Origin: Paraspadella gotoi | Taxonomy: Eukaryota > Animalia > Chaetognatha | Direction: 5' to 3' | Length of the DNA: 64,000 nucleotides | NCBI GenBank assembly: GCA_051294375.1 | Contig: CM119269.1 | Coordinates: forward strand, 15,573,918 to 15,637,917 | Shown: in pieces, positions 20,269 through 33,200 of the stretch | Layout: every line of letters begins with the position of its first letter | Position numbering within the stretch: the stretch's first letter is position 1 | Notes under the pieces: generated by a model | Database searches by the model: none | What the model saw: the letters and a program-made list of their open reading frames with translations, nothing else | What the model was told of the DNA's origin: nothing | Translations under genes and position numbers: made by a program

Positions 20269-23200
20269 TCTCTCCGGCGTTATCCAATCCTCCCCCGACA
20301 AATTTCTGGTTGTGAGGAAATGCTCTTGATGGAGAAGCGAGAGAGAGAGGCAAATTGATCGACTTCCGGGGCGTCGTTCGTCTTTTCGGCGTTCGGTTTC
20401 TCGCTGTGAGTCTCTCGAGATTCACAGATGCTCGGACTATAAATTCACGAACCTCCCAGGGAGATTTCTTAGCCGCTTCAACGTTCTATCTTTGTTGTTC
20501 GTTGTCCTTGTTTATTGTCTGATTGAGAACTGTGATTGACAGTTGTTGTCTCCTTGGTCATTTGGTCCGTGTTCATTTTGTTGTGCGTTTTCACTCATTC
20601 AATTTTTTTATTATTTAAACATGATCCTTTTCTGAAACGCCCCTTTTCCTCTTAACGACGCATGAAGGGCTCGAACTAGTCACACTATCTCCCAGCAGGC
20701 AGAGTAGTTCTCACCGCTTTGCCACGGAGTGTCGAATATTTCAAGGTCGTCGTCGATTTATCGTCCTCCTTGTCGGGTGGCACCCCTTGATACGAAACTC
20801 GGGAGGGGCTGTGTTAAACTTGTTTTGTTTTTTGTTCTTTCTTTCTTTCTTTCTTTCTATTCTTCTTTACTTTCTTTCTTTTATTTTTTTATCTGAGTTT
20901 ATATTTCCGTATTTTCTTAAATTTTAAAGAATATTTTTCGCAAAACAAATAATGAAAAATTGAAAATTTGACCTTCGTTCTCTCCATGTTTTGTTTTCTC
21001 AAAATTTGTTTCAAGTTCTTTTGTTTTAATTTGACCCACGGTTTTCCACAGCCACCGTTATAATACAAGAAAATTTTTTTAGAAAACTTTTATTTATCCG
21101 TTTGAGATCAACATTCGCATATTCTTGTGCAAAACTTATCCTTGAAATGAAGATCGGTGATTGTTCAATTCTCGGTCCAATCGCATGACACGGAGAGAGA
21201 GAGAGAGGAGACGAGAGTGAGAGAGACGAGAGAGAGAGAGAAGAGGAGAGAAGAGGAGGAAAAAGAGAGAGAGAGAGAGAGAGAGAGATTGTTATTTTCT
21301 TCTTTTCCTTCGCCCCCCCTTTTCTCCTCCGAAAAACTTGGCACCATTTTTCCTTCTCGTTGTGACGAAAGAGCCGAAACCCGTCGCTGATTGGAAAATG
21401 AAAAGTGGGTCGAATTTCTTGAAACGAGAAAGAAAGAGGAGGTTTGGCGAGAAAATGAAATGTCGGAACGAAGCGAGAGGATGAAGGATATGATTTTAAA
21501 AGCTGCAAAACTAAGAGAAAAAAGTGATCTGAAAAAGATTTTATTCACGTTCTGATAGAGTTGACCTGATTTATGTTGCATTTTATTGATTAATTTGATT
21601 AATTTGGTCACTACAATTCTAAACTCTAACCACTTTTTTCTCTTCATCTTGCTTTTCGTTTCTGTCTTTCTTTTACTTTTCTTCTTTTTTTTTTTCATCT
21701 CTCTCTTTCTTTCTCTAGCTTCGATTTCGCGCATCTGCTTCCGAATCTCGGTTCGACCATCGAAACGCGGAATCAAACAGAATCGATTTTGATACTGGAA
21801 TCATTNNNNNNNNNNNNNNNNNNNNNNNNNAAACGAGCAGAGAAAAAGAAAGAGAGAGAGAAAAAAAAAAGAAAGAAAAGTAAAGAAAGACAGAAACGAA
21901 AAGCAAAGATGAGAGAAAAAGTGGTTAAAGTTTAGATTAGTGAACCAAATTAATCAATTAATCAATAAAATCAACAAAATCAGTCAACTCTATCAGAACG
22001 ATCAATAAAATCTTTTTCAGATCACTTTTTTCTCCTTAGTTTTGCCGCTTTTAAAAATCATTCTCATCCTCCCTCGCTTCGTTCCGACATTTCATTTTCT
22101 CGCCAACCTCCTCTTTCTTTCTCGTTTCCAGAATTCGACCCACTTTTCATTTTCCAATCAGCGACGGGTTCGGCTCTTTCCGTCAACAACGAGAAGGAAA
22201 AATGTGCCAAAGTTTTTCGGAGGGAGAAAGGGGGGGGCTAATTTTTAGTTCCTTTGACAAAAACAACATTTCTTTTTTTTTGTCAAAAATTGAAAAAACA
22301 AACAAAAAATTCCGGACAAACGAGGAGAGAGAGAGAGAGAGAGAGAGGAGAGACGAAGGAGAGAGAAGATGAGAGAGAGAGTGAGAGAGAGAGAGAGGAA
22401 GAGAGAGAGAGAGAGAGAGGAGAGGCGAGAGAACGGAGAGAGAGACGAGAAAGAGAAATAAAAAACACATTTGCACTACCTCAAGAAAAAATGGGCGACG
22501 TTTGGCCAGAAAATAATCGAGACATAATCGCGGTACGTGGAGGGCAATTAAATAAAAATTTCTTTCCGCCCCTTTTCTTTTACAACCCCCTACACGACGT
22601 TTATAAAGAATCTAAGCCATGCGAGGGCAAAGCGTTTTTGTGTACTCTTATAATTCGACTCAAAAATATTGACGTTTTTTAAATGGCCGATGAAGAAAGA
22701 AAATTAACTCTTAAAAAACATTTGGAATCTGGCTCGGTTTAACGCATTGAATTTCCCACTGATTTAAATATTATGTTTCGAAGCGATTTGAAAAATTGTA
22801 AACGTTACAAAAAATTTCGACTTCCATATTTCGCTTAAAAAAATACTAGTATGAAAACACATAGTTCGTAAAAAGTATTCAAATCAAATTTATTAAAGAT
22901 TATTGCAGAGATAAAAAAAAACAAAAATGTTACAAACCCGACACCATTTTTAAAAAAAGTTAATCGAATAAGTGTTAAATACAATATTTTAACAGAATGT
23001 AGTTTTTAAGATAATTTTAAAAAAATATTTTTGCGAGCCCGAAGAGAAGGGGAAGGGCAGGTGGGGAAGGCAGGAAATCATGCGTTGGTAAAAAGTCCGC
23101 GCAGAACTCAAGAAAGAACTGTTCGATGCCCTTTTATTTTCGCCACGCCCACCGGCCGAACTGGCCGTCTACGACTTGTCTTTAGACTCGTTGACGTCAT

Positions 23201-23498
23201 TCTTCCGCGTCACCCTTTGACACGTCAATACCGCTCGTATGTCACTAGAAAAGCCGGCAAAAATACGTCTCGACCGTGTTCCGCCGTGACGTCACTTTTG
23301 TTTGTAAATTTACTGCATCGACTACGCTTTCGCCTCCTTCGCGATTAGCGTGCTAATTAACGCAGCCCACGCTAGAAGCAACGTCACATCTTCTTGCTTC
23401 CGGAGACGTACAATTTTGGCCGCCGCTCATCCAGACTCTGTTGAAGGGCGTTTCCACGTCGGCGTCGTAGGCGCCTGGAGAGAGAGACAGAGAAGAGA

Positions 23499-23529
<31 letters not shown>

Positions 23530-23535
23530 CAGAGA

Positions 23536-23579
<44 letters not shown>

Positions 23580-26500
23580 CTTTATGAATTCCTTGAGCCT
23601 TTATTGCTTTCGACGACTGAGACACTAATGGGAAATTTACGTACTCTCTCTTTCAAAAAAAAAATAAAATTATTTTTTTTTTTATGCTTCAATTTTAATG
23701 CGTACGAGAAAATGCGGGCGAAGAAAAAAGGAAAAAGCGACACCGGGGTGACATTTTTACTTCTGGCGTCACGAAGCGTTAAAGAAAAAAAAAAAAAGAT
23801 TTCGAGAGGCATAATGTTGACGCGGGAGGTTCCGCGGACAAGTATTCTTTCATCTTATTACAAATGAGATCAAATTACATTAGAACGAGGCTAGTCTAAT
23901 AAATTCAAATTGATACAAAGATTAAAAATTAAACTCATATATAAAATCAAGAGAAAACGCTTCAAAAGTAAAATTAAGATGGGCCATGTTGAGTCCGATT
24001 AGCACTCTTTTTCCACTCAGCCAACGCCCTTTACCTATACATATACGAGACGCCGGGCCCCGGCGTCATCCCGCGCCGCCGTCCAATCCGTCGTCCGCGA
24101 ACTGGAAACGGGTCGAGGGGCGTGTCGGGATTTGACGCCTGAGTCGGCGACATTGTAACCGTTTTGAGTCCTGAAATGTGATGAAAAGACTGAGGATAGG
24201 AAGTATACGTTATTATTAAGCATTTACAAAAACTAACGAAAATCCCTTTTTTTTCACCGAATTGAGACCAGGAAAACCCCACCCTCTCTTAAACCAAGCA
24301 TGCTTCCCTCAAATTGTTGCAAAGAACCCTCTGAAAAATTCATTACGCATCCTCTCCCCCCCCCAACCGAATCCACACGCGGTGGGTCACCCACCGGAAT
24401 TGTTGTTGTTTCTCGTCCGCTACGGAGACGGAGCTTGGCCAGATTTGGCCTCCGGTTTGACGCCGACGCAACATGGACGACATGACGACGACGCCTGGAT
24501 GACGCGACGATGGAACGACGACGCGAGCGAGGCGGGATCGCGATGTCGATGTAACATCTTGGCAACGACGTCCTTGGAAAATAGTTAGTTAATTGTTAAA
24601 TTTATTTATTTGGTGTATTTTATCTTCTTATTATAGATATTTTAATCGATTCATTTTGATTCATTCATTTATTTATTAGTAATGGATTTCTTTATCTTTC
24701 ATTAAGGACATTTACTTCTATATTTATCTTTTAATTCATTCATTCTGTTCAGCGTCGTTGGATCATCATCGTTTTTGTCGTGAATTGAGTTCACTACATT
24801 TCTGACATTCTTTTCGTTCAGACATTCCGATATTTAAATCTCATAAATTTATATCTATTCAAACATATTCAGTTTTATTCAGTCGTCCAAAATAATGACA
24901 GAAGTTGACTGAACAAAATATGTCATTCCCAAATCCGACTCACCGATCCAATTGTAGAACACTCGCAAAACGGGACGGTTCCGAAACTCGGTTCACGTTC
25001 GTGTCGATGGAAGAGGTTTTTGATTTTTGGCAAACAGATGCCGTCGTTGAGGACAAAAGTGACGCGAGAAGGGTTCCGTGTTGGCGCAGCGGATCGGGTC
25101 GTTGACGCACTTGATGGCGGAAAAGGAGAGGAGTTGGGTGATAGAGGAGATTACGAACCAGTTTCGACTCTCGATGTTTTGGTTTTTGTTCAGTGAATTT
25201 TACGAATCAGAATAGTGTTAAATGAAACAACGCACGGGGGAAAACAGCAAAACAAACAAACATTGGAAAAACATAGTCTAATCTATAATTATAAATATTA
25301 TATACATCTTGACAGCAATATAGAAAATGAGAGGAAAAAAGACAGCGAAAAATAATGACTGAGCCCAAGATCGACCGTTCCGCCCTCCACCTTTCTCCGT
25401 CTCGAATCTCCGACATATTGGCGCTTGCGGCGGATGGGCCGCTGACTCTTCGACAGGCGGACGCGCCGCCCATGAGTCCCAGCAGTCGCGCAGAGCAGCA
25501 AGAAGAAAGGACGCAGAATTTCGGCAGCGGTTGTCGATCTTTTCGTCGGTAGGCCCGGCGCTCGGACCACGCTGAGATCTCGAGTTGTAGCCGCGGCGCG
25601 GCCGTCGCGAGGGGAGTCGGCGGCACCTCCCGGTTCGCGACGAGGAAGAACTGACCCGGATGTAACTGACCTTTCGAAAACGAACGCGGCCTGTAACTGA
25701 CCCATTGTAATCACACTTCGATGGAAGTCTACGACGTTCCTCAGCGGACGGTTGACAATTTTTGGGAGATCCAAGCGCATTGGAACGCGAATAACGCTGG
25801 GGCATCGACCGGTGGCAGTTTCTGCAGCGGCGGAAGGCGTTCGCTGCGGCGTCAGCGCTAGGCCTCAGGTAGAGTCTGGTGTCGCCCGAATGGACGGAAT
25901 AAATAAAGTCCAAGTCTTTGGAGATTGGCATTCGTCTTTGATTGCCACCGCGCCTGCGCCATTAGAGCGCGGGCGTTTGTCGTCGTCGTCATGCAGAGCG
26001 CACGACCTCCTTGATAAAACCCTTGCGGCGCAAGGATCCTGACGTTTCAACACTCCTTCCTTGCCATGGCGATCGCTAGTTGGATATTTTCCTCGCGTCC
26101 AAAGTCGTCAATCTTCGAATGCCTCTTTGCAGTTGTGTTTTTTTATTACTGGCGATTTTTTTGCGCTGACGTGTTTACTGGTTTTAATTTGTTGTTTCCG
26201 CTGTTCATCTGTTTTTATATTTTTTCGGCCCTAAAAATGTTTATCGAAATTATAAGTACCGCGCAGCGACGACAAAACAGAGGGGGAAAAAAAGTGAAAA
26301 TCGGCGAAAATGTTGTGAAAAGAACGAGGTGACGTATGGCGAGCCAGAGTTTTCGCAAATAATTACCATGACGCAAACTTCCTTTTGACCGGGAGAGGAT
26401 CGAAGAGTAAGGCGATGGAAAAGGGATGGAGAGAATGAATGAGGGATGACGACCGAAAAAAAAAGAGGATGGAGAGATGGGCGAGCCCATGCGAGCCGCC

Positions 26501-27806
26501 GGTTCTGGCAACGTTTTGGGGGGGGGAGAGGAATCGAGGCCGAGTTGATGTCGTTTTTCTAATTTGTACTTTCTTATTTGTTATTTTTTTTAAGGGAATT
26601 TCGGATAAAAGATTAGATAATATAACAATTTTTTTAAGTATATGAATTTACTGCTAAATTTCAAAAAAAAAAACTTTTTTAAAAAGTTGCCTGCGCAATA
26701 TATGGATTATTTTTATTCTTTAAAAGAGCTGTCAAAATTTAGGAAATTTAGGAAAAAAATTATCATATCATAATTATATTTTCAAATGATGATTAACAAG
26801 TATTTGCTAATTGACAAAACTTTAAAATTTTCAAAAGTTTGAAAATATTTAATGCTGAATTTATAATATATAACTTATTAAAATCAATCAAAAATACTTA
26901 AAAGAACTTATTATAAGATCAAGACAGAAACTGGCATTGCAATAGAGTAAACGGTTTCAACAGTTCGTTATTGCAGATAAAAAGATAGACTAATTGACGT
27001 GAAAAAAAAAAGTTATTTTGCCCTTTACGTAATTTAGTTAGCGTAAATGGGTCGAGGGGGGGAGACAAATTCACGAAACCTTTTTTCGCCCAGGGTTTTT
27101 TTTTTATGTTCTCTTTTTATTTTTTGAGAAAGTAAAGTGAATTTCGTGAATTTAAGAGGCAAGAGTGAGGATGAGGAGAGGAGGATGAGAAAAGAGGGAT
27201 TTAAGAATAAGAGGAAGAGGAGTTTATCGGCAAGTTGATCATTACGAGGCTCGAGCAAAGCTGAAAAAACTGAAAAAGAAATAACTCTTTATTCTAATTC
27301 TGATAATTCTGAACAATAGTGGCTTTTAAAAACTGTTGACAAATTTTATACTCGAAGGCTTCCAAAATCAATTAATTTATTAATTTTTAAGCTGTGTAAA
27401 TCCGCCAACGCGAAGCGAGAAGTAGTATTTTTAAACGTAAGAAAAATAAAGAATAGATGGTAGACGCTCGAGTGTACACAGAGCAGGATCGATGTAACGA
27501 GGTGTTATTGTTCACAACCGATAAATCCATCGTTGGCGTGGCTAATTTCAATTCATTCCAAAAAAAGTACGAATGTCCAGAGTATCTAGAAGAATATATC
27601 CCCACACCTTCTAAAAAAATCGAGAACTATGTACCCTCCGAGCTGAGAGGATCTCTTTCGCCGTATCGAAAACAATTTTTAAGAAGAGAACAAAAAAGGG
27701 AGTGTTGTTTTTGTTTGTGTGTTTTTTTCGCAGAAAAAAAATGTTGACGTCTGACGGAAAATGAAAACCCCGGAATGGCAAAATAAAGAAAAGTCTTCTG
27801 CGATCG

Positions 27807-27841
<35 letters not shown>

Positions 27842-28204
27842 CGACGAGAGAGACGAGAGAGAGAGAGAGAGGAGAGAGAGAGAAGAGAGAGAGAGACAGA
27901 GAGAGAGAGAGGGGCTATTTTTTTTCTTTTTCTTTTTCTTATTTCTTAGATATTCTTCTCTATCTCTTTATTATTATATTATTTGTTTCTGTTTTGATCG
28001 TTGAATGTCCGTCCACCAAGATTCCCTTTCCACTTCCAGTCCGTCCCTGTTCCAAATGGACGTTCGATTTCCGAAATTAACTTCATATTTTCCGACACGA
28101 GTATTTGAATCGCAGCACGAACGCCACCGGAAGTTCCCATTAGCGACGGCGATTTGCGTCGGCGATTCGTCGGCGGTCCCATTGGTCGCCACGGAACTTT
28201 CGGT

Positions 28205-28235
<31 letters not shown>

Positions 28236-29590
28236 TCTCTCCGGCGTTATCCAATCCTCCCCCGACAAATTTCTGGTTGTGAGGAAATGCTCTTGATGGA
28301 GAAGCGAGAGAGAGAGGCAAATTGATCGACTTCCGGGGCGTCGTTCGTCTTTTCGGCGTTCGGTTTCTCGCTGTGAGTCTCTCGAGATTCACAGATGCTC
28401 GGACTATAAATTCACGAACCTCCCAGGGAGATTTCTTAGCCGCTTCAACGTTCTATCTTTGTTGTTCGTTGTCCTTGTTTATTGTCTGATTGAGAACTGT
28501 GATTGACAGTTGTTGTCTCCTTGGTCATTTGGTCCGTGTTCATTTTGTTGTGCGTTTTCACTCATTCAATTTTTTTATTATTTAAACATGATCCTTTTCT
28601 GAAACGCCCCTTTTCCTCTTAACGACGCATGAAGGGCTCGAACTAGTCACACTATCTCCCAGCAGGCAGAGTAGTTCTCACCGCTTTGCCACGGAGTGTC
28701 GAATATTTCAAGGTCGTCGTCGATTTATCGTCCTCCTTGTCGGGTGGCACCCCTTGATACGAAACTCGGGAGGGGCTGTGTTAAACTTGTTTTGTTTTTT
28801 GTTCTTTCTTTCTTTCTTTCTTTCTATTCTTCTTTACTTTCTTTCTTTTATTTTTTTATCTGAGTTTATATTTCCGTATTTTCTTAAATTTTAAAGAATA
28901 TTTTTCGCAAAACAAATAATGAAAAATTGAAAATTTGACCTTCGTTCTCTCCATGTTTTGTTTTCTCAAAATTTGTTTCAAGTTCTTTTGTTTTAATTTG
29001 ACCCACGGTTTTCCACAGCCACCGTTATAATACAAGAAAATTTTTTTAGAAAACTTTTATTTATCCGTTTGAGATCAACATTCGCATATTCTTGTGCAAA
29101 ACTTATCCTTGAAATGAAGATCGGTGATTGTTCAATTCTCGGTCCAATCGCATGACACGGAGAGAGAGAGAGAGGAGACGAGAGTGAGAGAGACGAGAGA
29201 GAGAGAGAAGAGGAGAGAAGAGGAGGAAAAAGAGAGAGAGAGAGAGAGAGAGAGATTGTTATTTTCTTCTTTTCCTTCGNNNNNNNNNNNNNNNNNNNNN
29301 NNNNCGATTGGACGAGAATTGAACCAATCACCGATCTTCATTTCAAGGATATTTTGCACAGAAATCGAATGTTGATCTCAAACTCGGGATATAAAAGTTT
29401 TCTAAAAAATTTTCTTGTATTAAACGTGGACGTGGAAAACCGGGTCAAATTAAAAACAAAAGAACTTGAAACAAATTTTGAGAAACAAAACAGGAGAGAA
29501 CGAAGGTCAAATTTTCAATTTTTCATTATTTGTTTTGCGAAAAATATTCTTAAAATTTTAAGAAAATACGAAAAAAACAGATAAAAAAAA

Positions 29591-29654
<64 letters not shown>

Positions 29655-30200
29655 ACAAAAAACAAAACAAGTTAACACAGCCCCTCCCGAGTTCGCTATC
29701 AGGGGTCACCCGACAAGGAGGACGATAAATACGACGACGACTTGAAATATTCGAACTCCGTGGCAAAGCGGTGAGACTACTCTGCCTGCTGGGAGATAGT
29801 TGACTAGTTCGAGCCCTTCATGCGTCGTTAAGAGGAAAAGGGGGCGTTTCAGAAAAGGATCAATGTTTAAATAATAAAAAAATTGAATGAGTGAAAACGC
29901 ACAACAAATGACACGGACCAAATGACAAGGATGACAACAACGTCAATCACAGTTCTCAATCAACAATAACAAGGACAACAACAACAAAGATAAGACGTTG
30001 AAGGCGGCTAAGAAATCACCCGTGGGAGGTTTCGTGATTTATAGTCCGAGCATCTGTGAATCTCGAGAGACTCACAGCGAGAAACCGACGCCGAAAGACG
30101 ACGACGCCCGGAAGTCGATCATTTCCTCTCTCTCTCGCTCTCGCTCTCCCTCAAAGAGCATTTCCCCACCAGAAATTTGTCGGGGGAGGATTGATAACGC

Positions 30201-30235
<35 letters not shown>

Positions 30236-33200
30236 NNNNNNNNNNNNNNNNNNNNNNNNNNNNNNNNNNNNNNNNNNNNNNNNNNNNNNNNNNNNNNNNN
30301 NNNNNNNNNNNNNNNNNNNNNNNNNNNNNNNNNNNNNNNNNNNNNNNNNNNNNNNNNNNNNNNNNNNNNNNNNNNNNNNNNNNNNNNNNNNNNNNGGACC
30401 GCCGACGAATCGCCGACGCATCGCCGTCGCTATGGGACTTCCGGTGGCGTTCGTGCTGCGATTCAAATCCTCGTGTCGGAAAAATATGAAGTTAATTTCG
30501 GAATCGACGTCATTTGGAACAGGGACGGACTGGAAAGGGAATCTTGTGGACGGACATTCAACGATCAAAACAGAAACAATAATATAATAATAAGAGATAG
30601 AGACGAATATCTAAGAAAAAGAAAAAGAAACAAGAACACTCAGCCCCTCTCTCTCTCTCTGTCCTCTCTTTCCTCTCTCTCCTCTCTCTCTCTCCTCTCT
30701 CTCTCTCTCTCCTCTCTCTCTGCTCTCTCTCTCTCGATCGCCACGAAGACTTTTCTTTATTTTGCCATTCGGGGTTTTCAATTTTCCGTCATGACGTCAC
30801 ATTTTTTTTCTCGAAAAACACAAAAAATAAAAACAACTCCCTTTTTTGTTCTCATTCTTAAAAAAAATGTTTTCGACGCGAAGAGACCTCTCAGCTCGGA
30901 GGGTACATAGTTTCCGATTTTTTTAGAAGGGTGGGGATATCTCTAGAAAACTCTGACATTCGTACTTTTTTTGGAATGAATTGAAATTAGCCACGCCAAA
31001 CGATGGATGTATTTCGGTTGTTGAACCTAAAACATCTCGATTCGTATCGATCCGTGCTCTGAGATACAACTTCGAGCTGTCAATCCACATTCATTTATTT
31101 TTCTTCGTTAAAAATACTACTTCTCGCTTCGCGTTGGCGGATTTACACAGCTTAAAAATTCATAAATTAATTGATTTTGGACGCCTTCCGAGTATAAAAT
31201 TTAGTCAACAGTTTTAAAAAGCCCTATTGTTCAGAATTATCAAGATAAGAATAAAGAGTTATTTCTTTTTCAGTTTTTTCAGCTTTGCTCGTAGCCTCGT
31301 AATGATCAACTTGCCGATAAACTCCTCTTCCTCTTATTCTTAAATCCTCTTCCTCATCCTCCTCTTCCTCATCCTCCTCTTCCTCTTAAATTCACGAAAT
31401 TCACTTTACTTTCTCAAAAAATAAAAAAGAGAACATAAAAAAAAACCTGGGCGAAAAAAGGTTTTCGTGAATTTGTCTCCCCCCCCTCGACCATTTACGC
31501 TAACTAAATTACGTAAAGGGCAAAATAACTTTTTTTTTTCACGTCAATTAGTCTATCTTTTTTATCTGCAATACGAACTGTTGAAACCGTTTACTCTATG
31601 CAATGCCAGTTTCTGTCTTGCTCTTAAATAAGTTCTTTTAGTATTTTTGATTGAATTTTAATAAGTTATAATTCTAATTCAGATTAAATATTTCAACTTT
31701 TGAAAATTTTAAAGTTTTGTCAATTAGCAAATACTGTTAAAATCATCGTTGAAATATAATTATGATGATAATTTTTTTCTAAATTTCATAATTTTGACAC
31801 TCTTTTAAGATAAAAATAATCCATATCTTGCGCAGGCAACTTTTTAAAAGTTTTTTTTGAAATTTACAGAATACATATACTTAAAAAATGTATATTATCT
31901 AATCTTTTATCCGAAATTCTTAAAAAATAATGAAAATGTAAAATTAGAAAACAACATCAACTCGCCTGGATTCCCCCCTCCCCCCCCCAAACGTTGCCAG
32001 AACCGGCCGGCTCGCATGGGCTTGCCCCCATCTCTCCATCCTCTTTTTTTCGGTCGTCATCCTCTTCACTTCTCTCCATCCCTTTTCCATCCTCTTCCTC
32101 TTCGATCCTCTTCCCGGTCAAAAAGGAGTTGCGTCATGGTATTATTGCGAAAACTCTGGCTCGCCAACGTCACCTCGTTCTTTCACAACATTTTCGCCGA
32201 TTTCACTTTTATCCCCCTCTGTTTTGTCGTCGCTCGCGTTACTTAATTCGATAACAATTTTAGGGCGAAAAATAAAAACAGATGAACGGCGGAAACAACA
32301 AATAAAACCAGTAACACGTCAGCGAAAAAATCGCCAGTAAATAAAAAAACACAACTGCAAAGAGGCATTCGAAGATAGACGACTTTGGACCGAGGAAAAT
32401 ATCCAAACTAGCGATCGCCATGGCAACGAGGAGTGTTGAAACGTCAGGATCCTTGCGCCCAGGGTTTATCAGGAGGTCGTGGCGCTCTGCAATGACGACG
32501 ACGACAACGCCCGCTCTAATGCGCAGGCGCGGTGGCAATCAAAGACGAAAATGCATCTCCAAAGACTTGGACTTTATTTATTCCGTCCATTCGGCCGACA
32601 CAGACTCTACCGAGGCCAGCGCTGACGCCGCAGCGAACGCCTCCGCCGCTGCAGAAACTGCCACCGTCGATGCCCCAGCGTTATTCGCGTTCAATCGCTT
32701 GGATCTCCCAAAAATTGTCAACGTCGCTGAGGACGTCGTAGACTTCCACGAGTGTGATTACAATGGGTCAGTTACAGCCTCGTTCGTTTCGAAAAGGTCA
32801 GTTACATCCGGGTCAGTTCCTTCTCGTCGCGACTCTGGGACGCCGCCGACTCCCCTCGCGACGCCGCGCCGGCGGCTACACTCGAGATCTCAGCGTCGGT
32901 CCGAGCGCCGGCGCCTACCGACGAAAAGATCGACACCGCTGGCGAAATTCTGCGTCTTTCTCTTGCTGCTCTGCGCGACTCTGGGACTCATGGGCGGCGC
33001 GTCCGGCTGCTCGAGAGTCAGCGCCCCTCCGCCGCAGCGGCCAAAGTCGGAGATCGAGACGGAGAAAGGTGAGGGCGGAACGGTCGATCTTGGGCTCAGT
33101 CCATTATTTTCCTGTCTTTTTTCTCTCATTTTCTATATTGCTGTCAGATGTATATAATATTTATAATTTTAGATTAGACTATGTCTTTTCCAATGTTTGT

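Noticed and set aside
32560-32770. Cupredoxin/phytocyanin-like look of DLDFIYS...VVDFHECD
   Set aside because: Copper ligands and the C-terminal motif are absent; the segment is the leader of the EGF-ligand ORF.
33069-33157. Hydrophobic GPI-like tail of the 245-aa ORF
   Set aside because: It is read-through into an intron past the donor AAG|GTGAGG at 33069.
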